In this document: one piece after another, positions 17,549-26,052 of the stretch | Layout of the letters: each line of letters opens with the position of its first letter | Position numbering within the stretch: the first letter of the stretch is position 1 | Assembly: GCA_949288185.1 (NCBI GenBank) | Contig: CASEIZ010000069.1 | Span: forward strand, 15,244 to 79,243 | Length of the DNA: 64,000 nt | Source of the DNA: an uncultured Eubacteriales bacterium | GTDB lineage: Bacteria; Bacillota; Clostridia; TANB77; CAG-508 | Reading direction: 5' to 3' | The notes under the pieces: model-generated | Told to the model about the DNA's origin: nothing | Databases searched by the model: none | What the model saw: the letters and a program-made list of their open reading frames with translations, nothing else | Made by a program: the position numbers and the translations under genes

Positions 17549-18047
17549 ATTTCTCTTCACTCTTTATAATTTCATCCAAAACTTCATCCAATTTCTTAAC
17601 AGTTGCTTTTCCATATACTTCACCATTTACTGTAAATACTGGTGCTAAACCACATGCCCCAACACATCTAGTTTCTTCAATAGAAAACAATCCATCTTTT
17701 GTTGTTTCACCTGATTCAATTTGTAATCTTTCTTTTAATCTATCCATAATTTTTTGAGAACCTTTTACATAACATGCTGTTCCCAAGCATACTGCAACAT
17801 TATATTTTCCTTTAGGTTTTAGGGTAAATCTCGAATAAAAAGTTATGACTCCATAAATCTCTGCCATTGGAATATTTAAAAATTCTGAAAGTTCTATTTG
17901 TGCATTTTGTGGAATATATCCATAATGCTCTTGTACCTCATTTAACATTTGAATTAAATTATCTTTAATAGGTAAATACTCATCAAACAATTTTTGCATA
18001 AATTCGTCCCTTTTAGGACTACCACATTGACATTTGTTTTCGCTCAT
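17547..18047 (-). CDS. hydC: Hydrogenase 2Fe-2S subunit (NuoE-like, HydC)
   Basis: NuoE/thioredoxin-like [2Fe-2S] motifs CLGTACYVKG and CVGACGLAPV. Length 166 aa. Confidence 0.88.
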   Translation of the reverse strand: MSENKCQCGSPKRDEFMQKLFDEYLPIKDNLIQMLNEVQEHYGYIPQNAQIELSEFLNIPMAEIYGVITFYSRFTLKPKGKYNVAVCLGTACYVKGSQKIMDRLKERLQIESGETTKDGLFSIEETRCVGACGLAPVFTVNGEVYGKATVKKLDEVLDEIIKSEEK

Positions 18048-18196
18048 TTCAATACCTCCTCGTATATATTATTGCGTAACTACATAGATTATATCAGACT
18101 AACATTTTTTATACAAGTTTTTTTTGTTTTTATATTGACATTTTTGTCGAAAAATGTGAAAATTTAATTATGAAAACATGAAAGGGGGATTAATTT

Positions 18197-18772
18197 ATGG
18201 GGTATTATGATTATTACTCTTCTTATCCAAGTTATTATGATTATTATGATTATGGATATGCAACAGATACAGCTGCTGCTACAGGATTAGGCGCAATTTT
18301 AGGAGCTTTTTTAGGTATTATCCTTGTTATTGGATTAGTTGTTGCTATCATACAATTAGCTGGAATGTGGAAAGTTTTTACAAAGGCTGGTGAAAAAGGA
18401 TGGAAATGTATTATACCAATTTATAACTTGGTTATATTATTCAGAATTTCTGGACTTTCACCATGGATTATATTTGGATATTTAGCAAGTATTATTCCAT
18501 TCGTTGGATGGATTGTATGTTTAGGTATTACTATCTACCAATGTAATTCTTTAGCAAAAGCTTTTGGAAAAGATGTTGGTTATACAATTGGACTATTATT
18601 CTTACCAACTATTTTCTATATGATTTTAGGATTTGGTAAAGCGGAGTATGTTGGAAAAGGAAATGTTTCAACTGCAAGTAGTACATATCAAGGTGATGGT
18701 GTTGTCAATATTTCCGAAAAGCCACAAGACGAACCACCAACAAATAATCAAGAGGATAATTCTAATTTATAA
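18197..18772 (+). CDS. Membrane protein with a Tyr/Asp-rich N-terminus (DUF5684-like)
   Basis: N-terminus MGYYDYYSSYPSYYDYYDYGY, four predicted TM helices, and WKVFTKAGEKGWKCIIPIYNL. GGGGGA ribosome-binding site. Confidence 0.6.
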   Translation: MGYYDYYSSYPSYYDYYDYGYATDTAAATGLGAILGAFLGIILVIGLVVAIIQLAGMWKVFTKAGEKGWKCIIPIYNLVILFRISGLSPWIIFGYLASIIPFVGWIVCLGITIYQCNSLAKAFGKDVGYTIGLLFLPTIFYMILGFGKAEYVGKGNVSTASSTYQGDGVVNISEKPQDEPPTNNQEDNSNL

Positions 18773-18796
18773 AAATGTCGAATTTTGTAGATAAAA

Positions 18797-18823
18797 AATA
18801 GAGGTTAAACCCTCTATTTTTTT
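18797..18823 (+). terminator. Terminator of the 18197 gene
   Basis: AATAGAGG-ttaaa-CCCTCTATT followed by TTTTTTT. Confidence 0.65.
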
Positions 18824-18947
18824 GACTATTTCGCTATTTAGGAATTTACCAAATGAGAGCAATGTTCTCAAGATAAAAATCCTGTAACCCTTTAATCAGC
18901 ACAGCTAATCATATAAATTCCCCTTGGAGATTTCCAGGGGCTTTTTA
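18824..18947 (+). ncRNA. Candidate small RNA (short transcript bounded by two terminators)
   Basis: TTGACT immediately after the first terminator, then ~100 nt of GC-richer sequence, ending in CCCCTTGGAGATTTCCAGGGG plus CTTTTTATTG. No ORF longer than 7 aa. Confidence 0.25.
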
Positions 18948-18958
18948 TTGTATTTTAT

Positions 18959-20923
18959 CTAATTATTTTCAATCAATTTTTCTAATTCTTTTATCTTATC
19001 ACGTAATTCAGCTGCTTTTTCGAACTCCATTTCAGCTGCATATTTTAACATTTCATCTGTTAATTTTGTAATTGTATCTTTGATGTCTTCCTCTTTTTCT
19101 AATTTATATTCTACACCTATATCATCTGTAATTGTAACTTTAATAGAATCACGTACAGATTTTCTAATGGTTTTTGGTGTTATATGATGTTCTTTATTAT
19201 ATGCTTCTTGGATTCTTCTTCTTCTATTTGTTTCTGAAATCGCTTTTTCCATGCTGTCTGTTAATTCATCAGCATACATAATCACTGTACCATCTGTGTT
19301 TCTTGCCGCCCTTCCAATCGTTTGAATTAAAGACCTTTCTGAACGTAAAAATCCTTCTTTATCAGCATCTAGTATAGCAACTAAAGATACTTCTGGAATG
19401 TCTAACCCTTCTCTTAATAAGTTAATACCAACCAAAACATCAAATTCTCCTAATCGCAATTTTCGAATAATTTCCATTCTTTCTAGTGTTTTTGTATCAG
19501 AATGCATATAGTTTACTTTGATATCTAATCCTTTTAAATAATCAGTCAAGTCTTCTGCCATCTTTTTCGTTAAAGTTGTTACCAAAACTCTTTCATTTCT
19601 TTCTACTCTAAGACGAATTTGTTCTAACAAATCATCTATTTGATTGGTCACTGGCTTAACTTCAATTTTAGGGTCCAATAATCCAGTTGGTCTAATAATT
19701 TGTTCTACAATGTTTTCTTTACTATGTTCTTTTTCATAGTCTCCTGGTGTAGCACTAACAAACACTACTTGATTTAATTTCTTTTCAAATTCTTCAAATG
19801 TTAAAGGTCTATTGTCAAATGCAGAAGGCAATCTAAATCCATAATTTACTAAAGATTCTTTTCTTGAATGATCTCCATTATACATAGCTCTTACTTGTGG
19901 AATGGTAGCATGAGATTCGTCAATTAATAACAAGAAGTCTTTTGGAAAATAATCAAATAAAGTATATGGTGGACTTCCTGGTTTTCTACCACTAATATGT
20001 CTAGAATAGTTTTCAATCCCTGAACAAAATCCTGTCTCTTTCATCATTTCAATATCAAAATTTGTTCTCTCTTCTATTCTTTGTGCTTCAATTAATTTAT
20101 TATGGTCTTTAAAATATTTGATTCTTTCTTCCAATTCCTCTTCTATGGTAACAATCGCTCTTTCCATCTTATTTTTCGTCGTTACATAGTGAGATGCAGG
20201 AGAAATCAAGACATGTCTTCTACTTCCAATCGTTTTGCCAGTTAACGGATTAATTTCTACTAATTTTTCAATTTCATCTCCCCAAAATTCTACTCTAATA
20301 GCAGATTCTGATTGGTCAGATGGATAAATTTCAACAATATCTCCTTTTGCTCTAAAAGTCCCTCTTTGAAAGTCAATTTCATTTCTCGTATATTGCATAG
20401 TAATTAATTTTCTTAAAACTTCATCTCTTCCCTTTTGCATACCTGGTCTTAAAGATAACATCATTTCTTGATAATCTTCTGGATCTCCTAAACCATAAAT
20501 GCAAGAAACAGAAGCAACAATGATAACATCTCTTGTTTCAAATAAAGATAATGTGGCTGAATGTCTTAGTTTATCAATTTCATCATTCACAGAAGAATCT
20601 TTTTCTATATAAGTATCTGATTGAGGAATATAGCTTTCTGGTTGGTAATAATCATAATATGATACAAAATATTCAACATTGTTTTCTGGAAAAAACTCTT
20701 TGAATTCTGAATAAAGTTGTCCTGCTAAGGTTTTATTATGTACCAATACAAGTGTTGGTTTTTGTACTTTTTGAATGATATTTGCCATTGTAAATGTTTT
20801 TCCAGAACCTGTAACGCCAAGAAGTGTTTGGAATTTCTTTCCCTCTTCTATTCCTTTTGATAAATATTCGATTGCTTTTGGTTGATCTCCTGTTGGTTTA
20901 TATTCTGAATGTAATTTAAACAT
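18959..20923 (-). CDS. uvrB: Excinuclease ABC subunit B
   Basis: Helicase motif [14 protein letters not shown], beta-hairpin region, helicase C domain, and a C-terminal UVR domain ([14 protein letters not shown]). Length 654 aa. Confidence 0.95.
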   Translation of the reverse strand: MFKLHSEYKPTGDQPKAIEYLSKGIEEGKKFQTLLGVTGSGKTFTMANIIQKVQKPTLVLVHNKTLAGQLYSEFKEFFPENNVEYFVSYYDYYQPESYIPQSDTYIEKDSSVNDEIDKLRHSATLSLFETRDVIIVASVSCIYGLGDPEDYQEMMLSLRPGMQKGRDEVLRKLITMQYTRNEIDFQRGTFRAKGDIVEIYPSDQSESAIRVEFWGDEIEKLVEINPLTGKTIGSRRHVLISPASHYVTTKNKMERAIVTIEEELEERIKYFKDHNKLIEAQRIEERTNFDIEMMKETGFCSGIENYSRHISGRKPGSPPYTLFDYFPKDFLLLIDESHATIPQVRAMYNGDHSRKESLVNYGFRLPSAFDNRPLTFEEFEKKLNQVVFVSATPGDYEKEHSKENIVEQIIRPTGLLDPKIEVKPVTNQIDDLLEQIRLRVERNERVLVTTLTKKMAEDLTDYLKGLDIKVNYMHSDTKTLERMEIIRKLRLGEFDVLVGINLLREGLDIPEVSLVAILDADKEGFLRSERSLIQTIGRAARNTDGTVIMYADELTDSMEKAISETNRRRRIQEAYNKEHHITPKTIRKSVRDSIKVTITDDIGVEYKLEKEEDIKDTITKLTDEMLKYAAEMEFEKAAELRDKIKELEKLIENN

Positions 20924-20975
20924 ATTTCCTCCTTGTGACCTTGCTAATCTTCTTCGTTCATATTTTTGTTCTCCT

Positions 20976-21766
20976 TTACTTTAATTTTTTCATATCTTCT
21001 CCCAATACTCTTAAATAATCCTTCTCTGCTTTTGTCAAATGAGTTTCCATATATTTATCATATTCTTTATGTGCTTTTTCTAATGCTTTTTCATGTGATA
21101 CTGTTCCCTTACCACTTAATATATCTTTTCTCGTCATTTTTAGGAAACATATATAACTTCTGCTGCTGTATTTCCATGTACTGCATAATGCATTTTGTTT
21201 TGTACTGTTTTAAAAAACTGTTTAGTTAATTCATTATTTGCATCATAATCAATGCTTGTAGCATAAATATCTAATATTTTTCTCCAAAATACTTTCTCTG
21301 ATGAACGTATATCTCTAATCTTTTCTAATAATTCTTCAAAATATACTCCACCACCATTATTTTTCATTCTATCACTATCTAAGTTATACCCTTTTATCAG
21401 ATACTCTTTTATCAATTTATTTGCCCATATTCTAAATTGAGTACCTCTAATGGATTTTACACGATAGCCTACTGATATAATTACATCTAAGTTATAAAAT
21501 TTAGTATTATAATTTTTTCCATCTTTTGCAGTTAGTAAGGATTCCTTACTAACTGATTTTTCCTCTAATTCTCCTTCTGTAAATATATTTTTTATATGTA
21601 TAGTTATATTATTTCTTGTCGTGTCAAATAATTCTGCCATTGCATTTTGAGTTAGCCATACATTTTCATCTTCTAGTCTAACTTCTATCCTAACTTGTCC
21701 ATCATCTGTTGTATATATTATTATATTGTTTTGTGAATTAGTTAAATCATTATTCAAATTAATCAC
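20976..21766 (-). pseudogene. RhuM-family (virulence protein RhuM-like) gene disrupted by an in-frame stop plus a frame change
   Basis: The 208-aa N-terminal part (…VWLTQNAMAELFDTTRNNITIHIKNIFTEGEL…) stops at 21140. The typical RhuM C-terminus (MTRKDILSGKGTVSHEKALEKAHKEYDKYMETHL…MKKLK) continues from 21137 in another frame. About 70 aa of the middle is missing. Confidence 0.6.
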
Positions 21767-21845
21767 CTACTTTTTTGTGAGTATTATATCAAATTTGTTC
21801 ACTGGTCTAAATATATAGTTATAACATATTATTTATATCATTTTT

Positions 21846-22037
21846 TTACAAAAAAAACAAGGCAAATAACTTAATCTCATAATTTTTACAATATTTAAAT
21901 ATAAATGATATAACTTGCTTTCTATATCTTTTCACTATAAGATTAAAAGCCTCGTTATCTCCGTTTAAAAATTCAGAATATAAGTCAGAATCTTTTTCTG
22001 CCTCTGAATATAAAGTTGTCAAATTATTCACCTCCAT
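21846..22037 (-). pseudogene. Fragment resembling the N-terminus (region 2) of a sigma-70 family factor
   Basis: 63-aa ORF …NGDNEAFNLIVKRYRKQVISFIFKYCKN…. No remainder of the gene is present. Confidence 0.35.
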
Positions 22038-22203
22038 TTTTTTACTTTTAAATGTTAATCAATAATAAATACAATATTTCTTTTCAAAAGTAACACTTTT
22101 TAATAAATTTTTCTAAAAAATAAATGGCAACTACTAATTTGGTAGTTACCATTTTGAATGTGTGCTATTATAACCTACATTTCAATTATGATCATTTTTA
22201 TTA

Positions 22204-23127
22204 TCATATGGAAAACTTATTTTCTACTGTATAATTAGCTAAGTCAGGAACTTCAACATCTTCGTCTGTAACAGTATCAAATTCATATTTATACGACTGT
22301 ACTGAATCTCTAACTTCTTTTACGACATCTGTACCTATGAAGAATGATTTTGCACCACCTCTATTGATTTCTCTTATTGGTAATCCTGTTTCTTTATCTA
22401 TCCATATTTCCCATATATTATTTTCTGATCTATTTTTTAATATATAATATTCTTTTCCATAATCAAAAGTATCTGTATCTATAGAATATACAAAAGTCGT
22501 TCCTATTTTTGCAAATAAACTATTTCTGCTAGTAACAAAAGGCACATTTTTAATATTACTATTTTGCATTTCAGAAATATCACCTTTCTCAATGACTGCT
22601 TTTTTCTCTGTCTCATATATATATGTTCGTTCATCAGAATTACTATTTGCATATTCAATCATTTTTGTTTCTACACCATTATCTGAGTAAATCATCCAAA
22701 TAGACTTATACTTTCCATCTTTATAATATTCTTTTGTAACTGAAGTCTCATTATTACCTAACATTTGGGTTGTTTCTTTATAAAAATTATTTGATTGTAA
22801 CGATTTATCTGCTTTATTCATAATACTATTTATTTTCAAAAAATTATTTAAAAATATAATAAAAGCAATTAATGCTATTATTCCAATGGCTAACAATATA
22901 GATTTTATTTTTGACTTTATTCTAATTTTCTTTAAATAATCTAACTCTATTTGTTCTTTATTCTCTTTTTCTTTAGAGTCATCTTGAATATGTTTCAATT
23001 CAAGTTGGCAGTTTTCACAATCTTTTATATGTTCTTCAACTAATTTTTTTGATTCTGAATTTAATATATCATCAGCATAATTCACTAATAAATCTTGCAC
23101 AATTTCACATTCCTTTTTATTTTTCAT
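22204..23127 (-). CDS. Anti-sigma factor (zf-HC2 type) with TM and an extracytoplasmic domain
   Basis: N-terminal HxxxCxxC (VEEHIKDCENCQ), a single TM, and a ~200-aa extracellular domain. It overlaps the upstream ECF sigma gene by 11 nt. Confidence 0.75.
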   Translation of the reverse strand: MKNKKECEIVQDLLVNYADDILNSESKKLVEEHIKDCENCQLELKHIQDDSKEKENKEQIELDYLKKIRIKSKIKSILLAIGIIALIAFIIFLNNFLKINSIMNKADKSLQSNNFYKETTQMLGNNETSVTKEYYKDGKYKSIWMIYSDNGVETKMIEYANSNSDERTYIYETEKKAVIEKGDISEMQNSNIKNVPFVTSRNSLFAKIGTTFVYSIDTDTFDYGKEYYILKNRSENNIWEIWIDKETGLPIREINRGGAKSFFIGTDVVKEVRDSVQSYKYEFDTVTDEDVEVPDLANYTVENKFSI

Positions 23128-23611
23128 CTTTATTTTCCTCCCTTATTTTTTGTTTTGCTCTATAAAATGTAACTCTTGACCAATTAGCTGTTTTTCCAAG
23201 TATCTCTCCTATTTCTTCATAACTTAAATTACCTATCATTCTTAAATACATGACTTCTCTGGATTTTTCATCTAGTTTTTGCATGTCTTTAAATAATTTT
23301 AATTTTTCTTCTTTTTCATAGATAATTTCTTCAAGAGATTCATCATATAGAATATTGTCATTGACTTCTTCAAAAGAAACATTAACATTTTTCTTGCTTT
23401 TTTTTAATTCTTTGTACCATAGATGTTTTGCTATTTGACATAACCAAACAGATAATTTACATTCTCCTCTAAACTTTTTTATGTCTTCAACAGCTATGGC
23501 AAATGTTTCTTGTGTTAGTTCTTCAGAAATATCCCTATTTTGCGTTAAGCAGAATAAGTATTTATATACAGTTATAGAGTATTCTTGATATATTTCTTCG
23601 ATATTCTGCAT
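23117..23611 (-). CDS. ECF-type RNA polymerase sigma factor
   Basis: Sigma-70 region 2 (…EELTQETFAIAVEDIKKF…WLCQIAKHLWYKE) and region 4 helix-turn-helix (LSYEEIGEILGKTANWSRVTFYRAKQKI). Length 164 aa. Confidence 0.85.
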   Translation of the reverse strand: MQNIEEIYQEYSITVYKYLFCLTQNRDISEELTQETFAIAVEDIKKFRGECKLSVWLCQIAKHLWYKELKKSKKNVNVSFEEVNDNILYDESLEEIIYEKEEKLKLFKDMQKLDEKSREVMYLRMIGNLSYEEIGEILGKTANWSRVTFYRAKQKIREENKDEK

Positions 23612-23707
23612 AACTTTTCTACCTCCTTCTATATAATAAGGGAATTTTTTTCTTATTTTGTTACAAAAAAGAAATAATTTTTTTAATAATATTATAAATT
23701 TTTTAAA

Positions 23708-23736
23708 GGCAGATAATTATTAGCTAATCATCTGCC
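23708..23736 (-). terminator. Terminator of the amidase gene
   Basis: GGCAGAT-(15 nt loop)-ATCTGCC with a T-run on the minus strand. Confidence 0.45.
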
Positions 23737-23808
23737 CATTTTCTAAATATTTATCTCTTAAATTCGCTATTTCTTTCATCATAAGAGATTTATGATGAAT
23801 ATAATATA

Positions 23809-25170
23809 TTATTGTATTTTATAAAAAGTCTTTATACTATCTACAATTGCTTTTGCATATAAATCTTCATTTTCTAAAATATTCTCTAAATCTTCTTCTA
23901 CATTGATATATCCAAGTTCTACTAAATATCCTTCTATACCTACATTTGAATTTCGATATTCATTTACACCATAGGCTTTATTTGTTCCATCTACATAAGC
24001 TCCTGTTGCGATTCCTCCAACTTCTCTTATGATATATAGATATGGAATAGAATCAAATATTCCATTATAATTTTCTCTTGAAAAAGATGCTTCATTTTTT
24101 TGGTCTTCAATTTCTATTGTTCTAACATAAACTCCATCTTCTACTTTGTCTGTTTGATTAGTAGAATACGGTGTGTTTGCAGTTGTAACAATGTCATCTG
24201 CTAATTTTTTAGCAAATGTTAAATCACTGTTAGAAGAGGCATAAATTTCAACACCACCATCTACATTATCTGAAAAATTACTATTTAAATGTAATGATAT
24301 CAAAACTTTTGAATGAGATTCATTTGCCATAGTAACTCTTCCATCTTCATCATAAATATTATACATCGTATATTCTTCTTCTGATTCCGTACCATCTCTT
24401 GTTAATAAAACTTTTAATCCAATTGCTTCTAACTGTTCTTTTAATTCAAGAGCACAGTCTAAAGCAATTTCTGATTCCATATATCTTCCATTGATAGCTC
24501 CAACATCACTTCCTCCATGTCCTGGATCAATGACCACATCATACACATCTTCTGGCAATTCGTTGACAGTTGTTATATGAAATCCTAAAATAGGCATATG
24601 ATTAATTGTGGTAAAATCAATATTTATTCTATTATTTTTATTATTTCTTGTTAAAGTATAATATTCTATATTTCCATATCCTGTATCATTCGTTAAAGAA
24701 TAGTATTTTGTTTCACTGTTTGAAAATTCAACTTTTAACAAAATATAATAATCCTCAACATTTAAACTTTCTAAATCTAAACCTGTATTAATTTCCATTA
24801 GAGTAGAAAAAGAAAGTTGATCATCTTCATGTGTATATTCTGTATCTATACTAATTTCTTTCCCTGATGCTGTTTTTGCTACTACTTTTGCAGACTCTAT
24901 TGGATTGATTTCAGAAATGTCCATATCTCCCTCTATATTAAAATGGGTTCCGTATACAATATATCGATTGATATTTGCATATGTACCAGTTTCGATTTCA
25001 TCAACAATTTCATTAATAGAAGAAAAAGCATTAACAGAAGCAGTTTCCTCGTTTTCATTTGTACTAACATTGTATATGAATATAATAATGGCTATGATAA
25101 TGATAAACATGGTAACTCTTTTGGAAATCAATGGATTTTTCTTGTATCTTCTTTTCTTTTTTCTTTTCAT
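23809..25170 (-). CDS. N-acetylmuramoyl-L-alanine amidase (Amidase_3 family) with an N-terminal TM anchor
   Basis: Amidase_3 motifs VVIDPGHGGSDVGA…ESEIALD…SLHLNS. Basic N-terminus followed by a TM helix. Length 453 aa. Confidence 0.85.
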   Translation of the reverse strand: MKRKKKRRYKKNPLISKRVTMFIIIIAIIIFIYNVSTNENEETASVNAFSSINEIVDEIETGTYANINRYIVYGTHFNIEGDMDISEINPIESAKVVAKTASGKEISIDTEYTHEDDQLSFSTLMEINTGLDLESLNVEDYYILLKVEFSNSETKYYSLTNDTGYGNIEYYTLTRNNKNNRINIDFTTINHMPILGFHITTVNELPEDVYDVVIDPGHGGSDVGAINGRYMESEIALDCALELKEQLEAIGLKVLLTRDGTESEEEYTMYNIYDEDGRVTMANESHSKVLISLHLNSNFSDNVDGGVEIYASSNSDLTFAKKLADDIVTTANTPYSTNQTDKVEDGVYVRTIEIEDQKNEASFSRENYNGIFDSIPYLYIIREVGGIATGAYVDGTNKAYGVNEYRNSNVGIEGYLVELGYINVEEDLENILENEDLYAKAIVDSIKTFYKIQ

Positions 25171-25268
25171 AGGTTACTCCTTAAATTCTTCCTATTTTTT
25201 CTCACTAATTATATATCATTTTCCTAAAATTGTTCAAGATTATTTTATAATTTTTATATGATATAGAT

Positions 25269-25512
25269 AACTATTTAGTGGTGAGGATATTTACAATTAA
25301 ACGAGTTCTTGTATATTTATTTTTTATAAATGACGAATGTGATTGGAGTGCTTGTAGCCTTTCTTAATAGAAAAGAAATGAGGAAGCGCGATACAGCGAG
25401 AGGCTCGTTTCTTTTCTAATTAGAAAGGCTAGAGCACGCATTAAGCCGAGGAATTTATAAAAAATAAATATACAAGAACTCGTTATTAGAAATTTAATAC
25501 CACTAAATAGTT
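25269..25512. repeat. Large nested imperfect palindrome (MITE-like element A, ~244 bp)
   Basis: Outer 13-bp inverted repeat AACTATTTAGTGG/CCACTAAATAGTT. Inner perfect 32-bp inverted repeat AACGAGTTCTTGTATATTTATTTTTTATAAAT. Further inner inverted repeat AGCCTTTCTTAATAGAAAAGAAA around a GC-richer core (GAGGAAGCGCGATACAGCGAGAGGCTCG). Confidence 0.75.
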
Positions 25513-25531
25513 ATTGATATGACTACAATAA

Positions 25532-25822
25532 TTATTGACAAGCATTTACAATTTGATTCATATATTGCCAATAAATACTTGTGCTTCCTTCATAATTACT
25601 TGTGAAAGCAACCACCAATTCTAAATCTGGTACAACAAAAATATATTGTCCGAAATGACCTTGTGCAAAATATGCAGGATAGTTTTGATCTCCAAAAGTT
25701 CTTACCCACCATTGGTATCCATAATCAGCTGATCCAGATGACCTATCAAATTGCAATGTTGTTGATTGTTCTATCCATTCTGAAGAAATAATTTGTTCTC
25801 CTTTCCAAACACCTTTGTTCAA
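25532..25822 (-). pseudogene. C-terminal fragment of a beta-lactamase-family serine hydrolase
   Basis: The 96-aa ORF matches only the C-terminal region of class C beta-lactamase-like esterases (…YGYQWWV…GHFGQYIFVVPDLELVVAF…). The N-terminal ~250 aa carrying the SxxK motif is absent. Confidence 0.6.
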
Positions 25823-25982
25823 ATTTTGTTGTTTTCATTTTCCATATATCATTCCACCTTAACTTAAATTTCCCCTCCATTTCTTTTTTATCTTAGCATT
25901 TATAGTTAGCTCTAAGTCAATAGTTTTTTTAAAAATTTTTCATTGTATGGAAAAATTGATTTTTTGTATTCAAAAAAAATAT

Positions 25983-26014
25983 CACTTAATTTAGAAAAAT
26001 TTCTAAATTAAGTG
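25983..26014 (-). terminator. Terminator of the dockerin-protein gene
   Basis: Perfect 15-bp inverted repeat CACTTAATTTAGAAA/TTTCTAAATTAAGTG, then TTTTTTTT on the minus strand. Confidence 0.65.
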
Positions 26015-26052
26015 ATTCTTGCATTAGACAACAAGGTTCTTATTATAGTATT

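Noticed and set aside
20950-22200. Intact prophage or ICE, or an integrase or transposase gene
   Set aside because: Only a RhuM pseudogene and a sigma fragment are present. No recombinase, transposase or phage structural ORF occurs anywhere in the window, so mobile-element calls are limited to MITE-like relics.
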